From the NCBI GenBank assembly GCA_020184695.1, contig JAANOX010000190.1, forward strand, positions 186,001 to 250,000: DNA of 64,000 nt, in the 5' to 3' direction. The notes below the pieces were generated by a model. That model ran no database searches and was not told the DNA's origin. It was given only the letters and a program-made list of their open reading frames with translations. This DNA comes from Histomonas meleagridis 2922-C6/04-290x. Its lineage: Eukaryota; Protista; Parabasalia. Both the position numbers and the translations under genes were made by a program. Positions 1-10,259 of the stretch are shown piece after piece (the first letter of the stretch is position 1; each line of letters starts with the position of its first letter).

Positions 1-295
1 CATCACTGAAGAATATCATCATCATTCTTCTTTATTAAAGTTGCCGATGTCATATGTTAAGCATTATTTCAAATTCTTTTCTTTGACATTTAATCATTTT
101 TCATTAAAAGCTCATTTACCAATTTCAATGAAAAATAATTTCATGAAGAAAATGTTCAAATTCAATGAAAATTCTCAAGTTCTAATGTATAACTTTTTTG
201 TTTTGGGTTTTTTTTTATTTTATGAAATCAAATTTTTAATGAATAAATTGAAAGCAAACGAAAAGAAAAAAACTGAAAATATTTTAATTTTTGTT

Positions 296-1427
296 ATGTT
301 TTTCATGAGTACTTATCAAATATATAATGAAGATAATTTAACACTTACAATCATAAATTCAAATGAATTTAATGAAATTTCTCAATATAAAAATATAACG
401 AAATTTATAATTATCAGTGAAAATATTTATGAAATTCCAAGTGGTTCATTTTCAGAATGGTCTTCAGTTGTTTCAGTTGATTTTGGTAACTCAGTCACAA
501 ATATTGGGGGTTCTGTGTTTTCGTCATGTTTTAATTTAGAAACGATTATAATTGGAGGAAATGTTACAACAATTGGTGATGGAGCATTTTCAATGTGTTC
601 ATCAATCAAAAACATTACAATTCCAAATTCAGTTTCAGCAATTGGAAATTATGCATTTTCATCATGTTCTAATTTAACTTTATTAACACTTGGATATGGA
701 ATAAGAAAAATTGGAGTTTCAGCATTTGGGAATTGTTATCAACTTGAATGCATTTATTATTATGGAGATTCAGAACCAGAAATTAGTGAAAATGCATTTT
801 ATAATGTTTTAACAAGTGTTATCACATATCCAACATATGTAGGGAGTAAATTTGGAAATTTAGATGTTGCCAAAGAAAACACAGAAGGAACATGCGAACC
901 ACTTCCAACGCATTCATTTAGTCAATCGAATACATTTACTGCATCATTACAAAGTGATATTTCATTTTCATTATCATTTTCATGTACATTAACAATTACA
1001 TTATCAATTACACATTCATTAACTATTTATGAAACACAAACGAAAACATTTTCATTATATATAAATAATTCGACATTTTCATATATTGAAACAGAATTTA
1101 TTTATTACAGTTATACAGTTGTTATTTATTCGACTTATTATAATTATTATTCCAATTTCTTTACAATGTTTTACACTTCCAATGAAAATTCACCAAATGG
1201 AATTACGACAAATGCTTTGATTGGAATTATTTGCGGATCATTTGCATTTGTTTTTGGTCATTGTTGGAATTGTTATATTATTTTTAGTGAAAAGTAATAA
1301 CAAGAAAGAAAAATCGAAATCAAAGTTACAATTTAAGGACACGACAACGTCAAGTACAAAGCAAATCGAAGAAGTAAATAGTTTAGTTGAAGATATTGTG
1401 AAAGAAGATGAAGACAATTGGCTATGA
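296..1427 (+). CDS. BspA-like (TpLRR/LRR_5) surface protein, copy 1, with one frameshift in the TM-coding T-run near 1250
   Basis: TpLRR repeats (VTTIGDGAFSMCSSIKNITIPNSVSAIGNYAFSSC) and an S/T-rich SNTF stalk. The TM segment starts in ORF 41..1297 (ALIGIICGSFAFV) and continues in ORF 1221..1427 (LVIVGIVILFLVK, tail ending EDEDNWL). Start placed at ATG 296 by inference. Confidence 0.8.
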
Positions 1428-2120
1428 ATAAAATGTGTAATAATAAACATTTTTTGATTCAATTTTTATATAAAAATTATGTGTTGTCATATTAAATAAA
1501 ATGAAATCATATTAACGAAATATCATTTTTACTTTAAAATGTTTTGAATTAGTGTATTTAAATATGTAATTTTGGATTTTATGATTTTTAAATAGTATCA
1601 ATAATTTTGAATACTGATTGTAAATACATTTAATGTTCAAAAGCTTTTGAATGAAATTGGATAAACTTTACTTGAATTCATCATTCTCAAAATCGAAAAA
1701 TATTTTATAAATTAAAGATACAATGTAATTGATTTCGGACATAAAGAACTCCTTATATTTTGTTTATTTCATATAAAATCATTAATATTCAAACAAGAAA
1801 TAGCTGAATTGCCAACGTTTTAAAAAAGTATTAATTTTATGATGATGGAAACATCTTAGATAAATGAACGGCACACCAAATTAAAGCATAAATTCCGTTC
1901 TATAACATATATTCATTGTGTTATTTAAAAGTGAAAATATAATGTTTTAAGGCTGTTTCTTTGATTGTCGTTTTGAAAAATCGATAGAAATATTTAAAAA
2001 TTGGTTTGAAAAACGACAATAAAACAACAGGTTTTTAAAAGTTTAACCGTGAGATTTTAAACTTTTGAGATAGCCGATGTATAATTGGTGAAGGTCTATA
2101 GATATATTACAAGCTGAAAC

Positions 2121-2741
2121 ATGATGATCTTTCTTTTATTCAGCATTTCGATCATGATGAAACGATTTATAACCGATACAAAGCTTATTACACCTTATAT
2201 CATTCAAAAAGAAATATTACAAATACAAAACCACGAAAACATGAAAAGTATGACTTACAAATGTGATGGGGATGTATCAATAAATGAAATTATGAACAAA
2301 AAATTTAAAAGATTTCATAATAATTATAAAGTTTTGATAAACAAATTATTTTTAAATTTGATACCATATAATGAATCTACAATAGTTGTACATCAGAATT
2401 TTAATAACAAACAAAAAATTCCAAGAACATATTTTTCAAACATTTTGAAAAAATACTTCGAATTTGATATATTTGTCAAAAATGGTATATTTGATAAAAC
2501 ATACAACAAATCTTATGAAGATGTATATCCTATAAATCGTGAATTTTCACATTTTTTTATGATGCGAAACTACAACGAAGAAGGACCAAACATTTTGAAT
2601 GTTTTACTTCATTTAACCATCATTTTTTCAATGACATTTTCGGTTATTTATATCAAATTTTATCAGAAAAACACAATTTCAGTTCAGAAAATATTAACGA
2701 CCAAATATGCATTGAAAGTAAAAGATAAGAAAAAAATTGAA
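2121..2741 (+). CDS. Hypothetical membrane protein (signal peptide, one TM, Lys-rich tail) running in frame into BspA copy 2
   Basis: ORF 2121..2945 has a hydrophobic N-terminus MMIFLLFSISI, a TM segment NILNVLLHLTIIFSMTFSVIYIKF and KVKDKKKIE, then continues into BspA sequence. Confidence 0.5.
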
Positions 2742-2759
2742 AATATTTTAATTTTTGTT

Positions 2760-4012
2760 ATGTTTTTCATGAGTACTTATCAAATATATAATGAAGATAA
2801 TTTAACACTTACAATCATAAATTCAAATGAATTTAATGAAATTTCTCAATATAAAAATATAACGAAATTTATAATTATCAGTGAAAATATTTATGAAATT
2901 CCAAGTGGTTCATTTTTCAGAATGGTCTTCAGTTGTTTCAGTTGATTTTGGTAACTCAGTCACAAATATTGGGGGTTCTGTGTTTTTCGTCATGTTTTTA
3001 ATTTAGAAACGATTATAATTGAGGAAATGTTACAACAATTGGTGATGGAGCATTTTCAATGTGTTCATCAATCAAAAACATTACAATTCCAAATTCAGTT
3101 TCAGCAATTGGAAATTATGCATTTTCATCATGTTCTAATTTAACTTTATTAACACTTGGATATGGAATAAGAAAAATTGGAGTTTCAGCATTTGGGAATT
3201 GTTATCAACTTGAATGCATTTATTATTATGGAGATTCAGAACCAGAAATTAGTGAAAATGCATTTTATAATGTTTTAACAAGTGTTATCACATATCCAAC
3301 ATATGTAGGGAGTAAATTTGGAAATTTAGATGTTGCCAAAGAAAACACAGAAGGAACATGCGAACCACTTCCAACGCATTCATTTAGTCAATCGAATACA
3401 TTTATTCAATCAAATACATATGCACAGTCAGATTCAATAACATTCTCAGAATTATACTCATTTAGTCAATTGAATACATTTTCTATTTCGAATACATTTA
3501 CTGCATCATTACAAAGTGATATTTCATTTTCATTATCATTTTCATATACATTAACAGTTACATTATCAATTACACATTCATTAACTATTTATGAAACAAA
3601 AACGAAAACATTTTCATTATATATAAATCATTCGACATTTTCATATATTGAAACAGAATTTATTTATTACAATTATACGATTGTTATATATTCGACTTAT
3701 TATAATTATTATTCCAATTTCTTTACAATGTTTTACCCTAATGTTAATGATAATCAAAATAACGATAATAAAACGACGATTATCATCATTTCTGTTTGTG
3801 TAATCGTTATAGTAATAGTCATTATCATATTATTAATAATATTTTTGAAACATATTCGAAATAAAAAAGAAGAAATTTATGAAAATGATAAATCAGAACA
3901 AAATGAAAACGAAACGACTAATACATTTACTACAGGAATAAGTAACATAAATATTGAAGAAGATCCATTTGCTGAAGATTTTCAAGAAGAAAAATTTATT
4001 GAACGAATATAA
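2760..4012 (+). pseudogene. BspA-like surface protein, copy 2, with homopolymer indels at about 2913-3025 (real or assembly error)
   Basis: Near-identical to copy 1 in the ectodomain. Single-base indels relative to copy 1, e.g. cattttcaga vs catttttcaga and attggagg vs attgagg. ORF 3059..4012 gives the LRR, stalk, TM and tail EEDPFAEDFQEEKF. Confidence 0.8.
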
Positions 4013-4059
4013 TTTTCAATATTAGATATTTGTAAATCTAATCATAATACTGTTGAACT

Positions 4060-4870
4060 ATTATCAATTTTTATCAAACATATATATCTGAAATCAACAC
4101 ACAAGAAACATATTATTTATTAGAGAAAATGATAGAACAAAACTTAATTGATAAAAACATTACTAGAAATATTTATTCAGAATATTTTTCGCATTACAAA
4201 TCAGAAAAAGAAAACAAATATGCATATAATGATGCATTCGAAAAATCTTTTTTTTAAAATTATGAGGAGCTCAGAAAGAATGATTGGGAACTTCTTAAAC
4301 TATTAATTAAAGATGAAGCTAATCCAAATGAAAGTACAAAAATAATTCGAAATGATGAAATAGGAAAACTTCAAGAAATAGCATCACAAAAAAATTTTAA
4401 TTTTAATCAAATAATTAAACCATCACTTTATGAAAGATATTCATTTATTAATAAAGAAAATGTATCATGAATTGGTTATACAACATTTTTTTCATCAGTT
4501 TTAATGTTTTAAATATTTACTTATGAATAGTTCTAATGTTGATAACGCAGGTAAACATGAAATTGCATGTGAAAATGAAGAAATAGTTCATTTATGTGAA
4601 CAAAATCATTCTTCATTTGAAAAATCATATGAAACAGCAATAAAGTTTTATCAAAATGATATTTTTAAATATATTTATGAAAATAAATTAGAAAAAACAC
4701 AACCAAATTCAAAAAACAATAAAATGTTAGGAAACAATGTTAATGATTTGTGTTTTTGTTTTAGCATTGGAATTATAAAATATTTTGAAGAAGAAGGAAT
4801 TAATGTTAATGATTCAACAAGAAATGGAAATTTATGTCTCGTTAAATATTTTCTTAGAAATAATCTAATT
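4060..4870 (+). pseudogene. Degenerate remnant of the DUF3447-type ankyrin-associated gene family (N-terminal and middle parts only)
   Basis: Fragments homologous to 7376.. and 35293.. (IRNDEIGKLQEIASQ; ACENEEIVHLCEQNHSSF), interrupted by stops and frameshifts. Confidence 0.7.
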
Positions 4871-4981
4871 CCAACGTGCTCCAATTCTTCAAAGAAATTA
4901 ACCCAAGTTATAACTGTATTGACTTGTCAAGTTTTCACTTTTTGTAAACATTTAAAACAAAATACAAAAAGTAGAACGTTA

Positions 4982-7213
4982 ATGAAAAGGTGTCTGCAAG
5001 TAAATGCAGAACATTTCTCAGTTCTTGACGATGAAGGGACCCTTGCTCTCACGAGCAATAATAATTTCCAGGTAATAGATGTTGAGTCTAACCTCAAACA
5101 AACATTTAATCTTAATAAATCTATCAAATTAATTCAAAGTTCACAAAACCTTACACTCGGGACCGATGGTGCAACTTATGTCATGGACAACAAAAGTAAC
5201 CTAACATCATATTTATTTCCTATTGGCTATGAAAATTCAATACCAACTTCATTTTCATATTCAGCTTCAAAATCACATTTGTCAATTTCTGTGGATAACA
5301 TAGTTTTAGTTTACGATCTTACAAGAAAACTGGATTCTTCTCTTGTTGCCTTATTACAAGGTCATGATGAAAGAGTTGTAAAATGTTCATTTTTAACATA
5401 CCCAGGATATGAGCACATGCTAGTTACCTGTGGTGAAGATAGCAGATTTATAGTTTGGGACTTAAACAAAAGATGTATATGTTATGAATCACCATATGAA
5501 TCTTCATTTTCAATTAAAGCAGTTTCAGTATTTTCTTCAACGCATTACTTCGCTTTAACTTTTGAAGATGGCTATGTTCGACTTTATGATCCTTCACCAA
5601 TAATAAATGGGAAACCATCAGTTTCGTTTGTCAAAATGATCAACGTTTCAAAAATTGAATTGGAAGATTTCGAAGAAGAGGAAGAACAAAGCATAATAAT
5701 TTCAAAAGTTAAACCAATCAAACAGCCAAAACCATCAACAGCAGGTGTACTTCCTCCCTCAATCATTTCTGCTGATTCTGCATCAGTTGGTAGCCGTGAA
5801 TATCTTTTATGTGCTACTTCTAATTCGATCATTGCATTAAATATCGCCACATTTGAGAAATTTGTAGTTACAACTTTTGACGAAGAAATCACTGAGATAT
5901 CTTTCCATGGGTTAGTAGTTGCATCCAAGTCATCTTTTTCCACGAAAATTACAATTCAAAGAATTTCGATTGGTTTCATACCTGAAATTGGTTTAAAACT
6001 ATTTCCTGAAGATCCTCCGCCCGAAAATTCCATTTTAATGACCAGTATTCAGCTTAAAACTAAGCAAACAACGCCAATTGCAACATTACACAAGAACGTT
6101 AAAAGCAGCGGTTATGCCAAAAAACCGCCATCATCCCGCTTTACCAACAAAAAGGTTATCAAGAAACCAGTCATCAAGAAAAATGTTAATCCTCAACCAT
6201 TGGTTACAAAATTTAGTCCACACATGAATATGTCAAACACATTTACTCCATTTGAAGTACCAATTTATACAGCTGCACTTTCTGCAGATGGGAAACGACT
6301 TATTTGTGCAGACAATAATGGAACAATTGTGTTTGTAAAATCAAAATCAACACCAGCATATATTGGCCATTCACAACTTGTTACATCTCTTTCATGGAAT
6401 ACAAAACATGGATTCCTAAGCTCGTCGCTTGATAGGACTGTTAAGATATGGGATATTGATAGGCCAGATCCACTTCTTACCATCAACAAAACTAAGAGCG
6501 AAACGCGGGGCACCCCATTCACCGATGATGTCACTTTTTCATCGTTTTTTTGGAACGATAAGTTTATCGTTCTATCGTATGGCAAAACGGTTGCATTATA
6601 TGGTTATCATCTTCCTTCTTTATCAAGTAATGCAAAAGCAATTTCAGAAATGCACCAAACTGGAACTTATAAGAATGTCCATTCTACCAATATTTCTTCT
6701 GGTAAAATAGTTTCTATGTCTGCATCTAATTTACCTTCGTCACCAATTGTTTTGGTTGTTAATAGTGAAAAATTAATTAACGCAATTGATTTTTATACTG
6801 GGCAAAAGGTTCTTGACATTCAATCACAACATGAACGACCTGTTCATACAATAATTGGAAATTATGGAGGGATTTATACTCCGCGAACATCATCAACGCC
6901 AGACCTAGCAATCACAGGCGCATTTGATAACACAGTAAAGTTATGGGATTTGAGATCTGCAAGATGTGAAAGAACATTTGTCAGTGGATCAAAAACAGTC
7001 AAAGTTGGAATGTGTTTTTCGCCTGATTCTAAGTATGTTGCTGTTGGAACTGATCGCATGGGAGTCGAAATTTGGGATGTTAAGCAAGGTACAGTTATTG
7101 AGAAATTGAAAGAGAATGTAAGAGGACATACTGTAACATGGCTACAATGGAATCCTGCATCAGGGAGATTACAATGCGGACTTGAAAATGGATCAATAAA
7201 AATATTTTCATGA
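4982..7213 (+). CDS. WDR27: WD40-repeat protein, WDR27-like
   Basis: WD repeats (GHDERV...WD; GHSQLVTSLSW...VKIWD). The C-terminal order FFWNDKFIVLSYG...QHERPVHTI...VKLWDLRSARCERTF recalls WDR27. The likely true start is ATG 4982; the ORF-track extension from 4523 is ankyrin remnant. Confidence 0.7.
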   Translation: MKRCLQVNAEHFSVLDDEGTLALTSNNNFQVIDVESNLKQTFNLNKSIKLIQSSQNLTLGTDGATYVMDNKSNLTSYLFPIGYENSIPTSFSYSASKSHLSISVDNIVLVYDLTRKLDSSLVALLQGHDERVVKCSFLTYPGYEHMLVTCGEDSRFIVWDLNKRCICYESPYESSFSIKAVSVFSSTHYFALTFEDGYVRLYDPSPIINGKPSVSFVKMINVSKIELEDFEEEEEQSIIISKVKPIKQPKPSTAGVLPPSIISADSASVGSREYLLCATSNSIIALNIATFEKFVVTTFDEEITEISFHGLVVASKSSFSTKITIQRISIGFIPEIGLKLFPEDPPPENSILMTSIQLKTKQTTPIATLHKNVKSSGYAKKPPSSRFTNKKVIKKPVIKKNVNPQPLVTKFSPHMNMSNTFTPFEVPIYTAALSADGKRLICADNNGTIVFVKSKSTPAYIGHSQLVTSLSWNTKHGFLSSSLDRTVKIWDIDRPDPLLTINKTKSETRGTPFTDDVTFSSFFWNDKFIVLSYGKTVALYGYHLPSLSSNAKAISEMHQTGTYKNVHSTNISSGKIVSMSASNLPSSPIVLVVNSEKLINAIDFYTGQKVLDIQSQHERPVHTIIGNYGGIYTPRTSSTPDLAITGAFDNTVKLWDLRSARCERTFVSGSKTVKVGMCFSPDSKYVAVGTDRMGVEIWDVKQGTVIEKLKENVRGHTVTWLQWNPASGRLQCGLENGSIKIFS

Positions 7214-7375
7214 GAAATTGCGAAATTGACAAATTGAATGATTTGCTAATACAAACAAATCATTAATTTTGGACAGCTTAAAAACGCAACATTCTAATTA
7301 GAATGAAACTTCTTTGTTTAACTTTTTGTTTCTGTTTGCACTTTTACATATCCTATTCAAAATAAAACTCAAGCA

Positions 7376-9697
7376 ATGAATGAATGGAAAGCTCTCCAAT
7401 TTGCTGAAAAAATAATTTTTGAGTTAGATAGCGAGAAAATTACTCAATCAATACAAGCGATAATTGGAATTTATGATAAAAATTATCCCTATTCTTTTAA
7501 TCTAATCATTAGTCAAATGATATATTTATCATTTGTAAAGCAAAAAGATGATTTTGATACATATTTAAATATTATTAAAGAAATTGAAACATTAGAAGAA
7601 ACAAATAAAAGTTCTTCCAAAATTTTGGATGTTTTCACACAATTTCTGCTTCATAAAAATTCACAAGAATCATATTATCTTCTTGAGACTCTCGTTTTAC
7701 AAAATTTAATTGATTCAAGCGTCTTAAAGAATAAGAAAGATCCTTATTTTGCTCATCATATGTCTAAAAAAGATCTTAATAATTTAGCTCGTTATCAAAT
7801 CGTAAAGAAATTCTTCGAAAACATTGATGAGCTTTCAAAAGATGATTGGAAACTTCATAAACAATTAATTCAAGAAAGAGGCAACACATCAAATATTACA
7901 AAAGCTATTAGAAATGATAATATTCAAATACTTCAAGAAATATCAACACAAAATAATTTCGATCTTAATAAAATAATTGAATTATCACTTTATGAAATAA
8001 ATTCTTTTGTTGTGAATAATAAAATTACATTAATTGATTATGCAGCATTTTTTGGATCTGTTAAATGTTTTAAATATTTACTTATGAATGGTGCAAATGT
8101 AAATAATACAGGTAAATATGCAATCGCAGGTGGAAATGAAGAAATTATTCATTTATGTGAACAAAATCATTCTGTTTTTAAGGATTCATATGAAATTGCA
8201 ATTGAATTTCATCGAAATGATATCTTTAAATATGTTTATGAAAATAAAATTGAAGATATTCCAAAATTAGAAGAACTTGGAAAGAAATGTGTTTTATATC
8301 ATAACTATGAAATATTTACATTTTTACAAGATGAAGGAATGCAAATTACTTCTGATATTATTAATGAATCAGCAAAAATTGGAAATCTTTATCTCATTAA
8401 ATATTTTTTAGAAGATAATCAACCTTCGAAAGATATTTTAGTTTTTTCATGTGAATCTAGAAATATTGAAGTTGTTCAATATGTTTTAACAAAAGAAGGA
8501 ATTGATGTAAATGCTAAAGATATTTATTTGTTTTATTTGATATTTATTTTAATATTTTGGGATTTCAAAATAATATTTGGAAATTATTTAAATTATTTAA
8601 TACAGCACTTATGAAAGCATCTGAAAAAGGTTATACAGAAATAGTTAAATTACTTCTTGAACAAAAAGGAATTGATATTAATGCTAAAGATATTCATATG
8701 TTTTATATAGAATATATTTTAAGAATTTTGGATTTCAAAATAATATTTGGAAATTATTTAAATTATTTAATACAGCACTTATTAGAGCATCTGCAAATGG
8801 TCAGACCGAAATAGTTAAATTACTTCTTGAACAAAAAGGAATTGATATTAATGCTAAAAATATTTATTTGCTTTATTTAGAATTTATTTTAATAAATCAA
8901 TATTTCAAAATAATGATTTTTTGTTTTCAAATAATGTTTGGAAATGAATCAAATTATTTGATACTGCAAGTATTTTTGCAATTCGAAATGGACATAGTGA
9001 AATACTGAAATTATTTCTTGAACAAGAAGGATTTGATGTTAATGCATGTGATTTTTATTTATTTTAAATGATGTTTCTTAAAAAAATTAAATATTTTAAA
9101 ATAAAATTTGGAAATTATTTTAATTGTTTGAGACATTACTTATGATTGCAGTTGAAAATAATCATATTAATATAGTAAAAATATTACTAGAACAAGAAAA
9201 TATTGATGTAAATATGTGTAATATTTTTAATGTTTTACTAAAGTTTGTTTAAATAATTTTATGTTTCAAAATAATATATGGAAATTCTTTTTATTATTTC
9301 AAACAGCACTTCATTTTGCTCTTAATAATATTGAAATAATGAAATTGCTTCTTAAACAGAAGGGAATTAATGTTAATGTGCATGATATTTATTCATTTCG
9401 CTTCATATTAATATCAATAATATGGAATATCAAACGAATATTTGGAAATTATACAAATTATTCGAATCATTACTTATGCTAGCTTCTTATGATAATGAAA
9501 ACGTAGATATAGTTAAATTACTTCTCGATCATGAAGGATTTGATGTTAACCTTAGTATTTATTTGTTAAATTTAATGTTTTTAAATAATATTTGCAAAAT
9601 TTACATATTATTTTTGATGGCACTTAAAAGAGCTTCATTTAGTAAAAAAATTGTTCAATTGATTCAAAATAAAATACAAGCTTCAAAAGAAAAATGA
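7376..9697 (+). CDS. DUF3447-type ankyrin-repeat gene whose C-terminal repeats are each separated by frame-breaking spacers (array 1)
   Basis: ORF 7376..8614 carries ITLIDYAAFFGSVKCFKYLLMN. It is followed by six TAL...IVKLLL..GIDINAKD units at 8602, 8772, 8963, 9133, 9303 and 9467, and a terminal capping segment ending TGA at 9697. Confidence 0.8.
8522..9616 (+). repeat. Regularly interspaced ankyrin array 1 (period about 170 bp = 90-nt unit + 80-nt spacer)
   Basis: Spacer lengths counted by hand are 80, 80, 101, 80, 80, 80, then a 60-nt in-frame spacer before the cap. Shared core TTTCAAAATAATATTTGGAAATTATTTAAATTATTT. Confidence 0.9.
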
Positions 9698-9831
9698 GTA
9701 AATAGACGTCTCGTCATTATTATTAAAATTTTTTGAAAAATATTATTATTTTTTTTTTCTTTTTGAAAAAAATCGACTTTTGCTTGGTTTACATTGAGGG
9801 ACCGTTTATCGAATTAAGCATTCAATTAATT

Positions 9832-9851
9832 TAACGGTTTGGTCGACCTTT
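9832..9851 (+). promoter_or_regulatory. Trichomonad core promoter of RPL32: M3-like (AACGGTTT) plus M5-like initiator (CCTTT)
   Basis: CCTTT at 9847-9851 lies just before ATG 9855, with TAACGGTTT upstream. M5/CCTTT is the known alternative initiator of T. vaginalis ribosomal-protein genes. Confidence 0.55.
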
Positions 9852-9854
9852 CCA

Positions 9855-10259
9855 ATGTCTACAGTAGTCGCAGCTGAACACAAGCCAATCATTAAGAAGA
9901 AGAAGACAAGGTTCAACCGTATCCAATCAGACCTTTTCGTCCGCGTTAAGTCAAGCTGGCGTCTTACCCGTGGTATTGATTCAAGATTCCGTAAGAACCA
10001 ACGTGGAACACCTGCACATCCAAAATGTGGTTATGGAAGTGATAAAGAAACAAAGTACATGCTTCCAAATGGTTTCAGACCAGTTATTGTACACAACGTT
10101 AAAGAACTTGAACCATTATTCACCAATAACACAAAGTATTGCGCAGTTATTCACCACGCTGTTGGAGGAAAGCTTCGTCGTCAGATCGAAAAGGCTGCAC
10201 AAGAAAAGAACATTTTCGTTTACAATGCTGGCTGCAGGATGAAGAAGGAAGAACAGTAA
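9855..10259 (+). CDS. RPL32: 60S ribosomal protein eL32
   Basis: KKKTRFNRIQSD...WRLTRGIDSRFRK...GYGSDKETKYMLPNGF...VHNVKELE...YCAVIHHAVG. Confidence 0.95.
   Translation: MSTVVAAEHKPIIKKKKTRFNRIQSDLFVRVKSSWRLTRGIDSRFRKNQRGTPAHPKCGYGSDKETKYMLPNGFRPVIVHNVKELEPLFTNNTKYCAVIHHAVGGKLRRQIEKAAQEKNIFVYNAGCRMKKEEQ

Noticed and set aside
1964-2020. Imperfect inverted repeat (ATTGTCGTTTT / AAAACGACAAT)
   Set aside because: Only 11-bp perfect arms in AT-rich DNA and no TSD; insufficient to call a MITE.
8520-8603. U12-type AT-AC intron (ATATTT...ATAC)
   Set aside because: It would remove 84 nt, leaving the frame broken, and the 5-prime end lacks the ATATCCT consensus.
8531-8605. Canonical GT-AG intron (GTTTTATTTG...TAATACAG) in the ankyrin spacers
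   Set aside because: The GT is phase 2 and the AG is phase 1, so splicing would not restore the frame. Both dinucleotides are missing from several spacers, and there is no ACTAAC.
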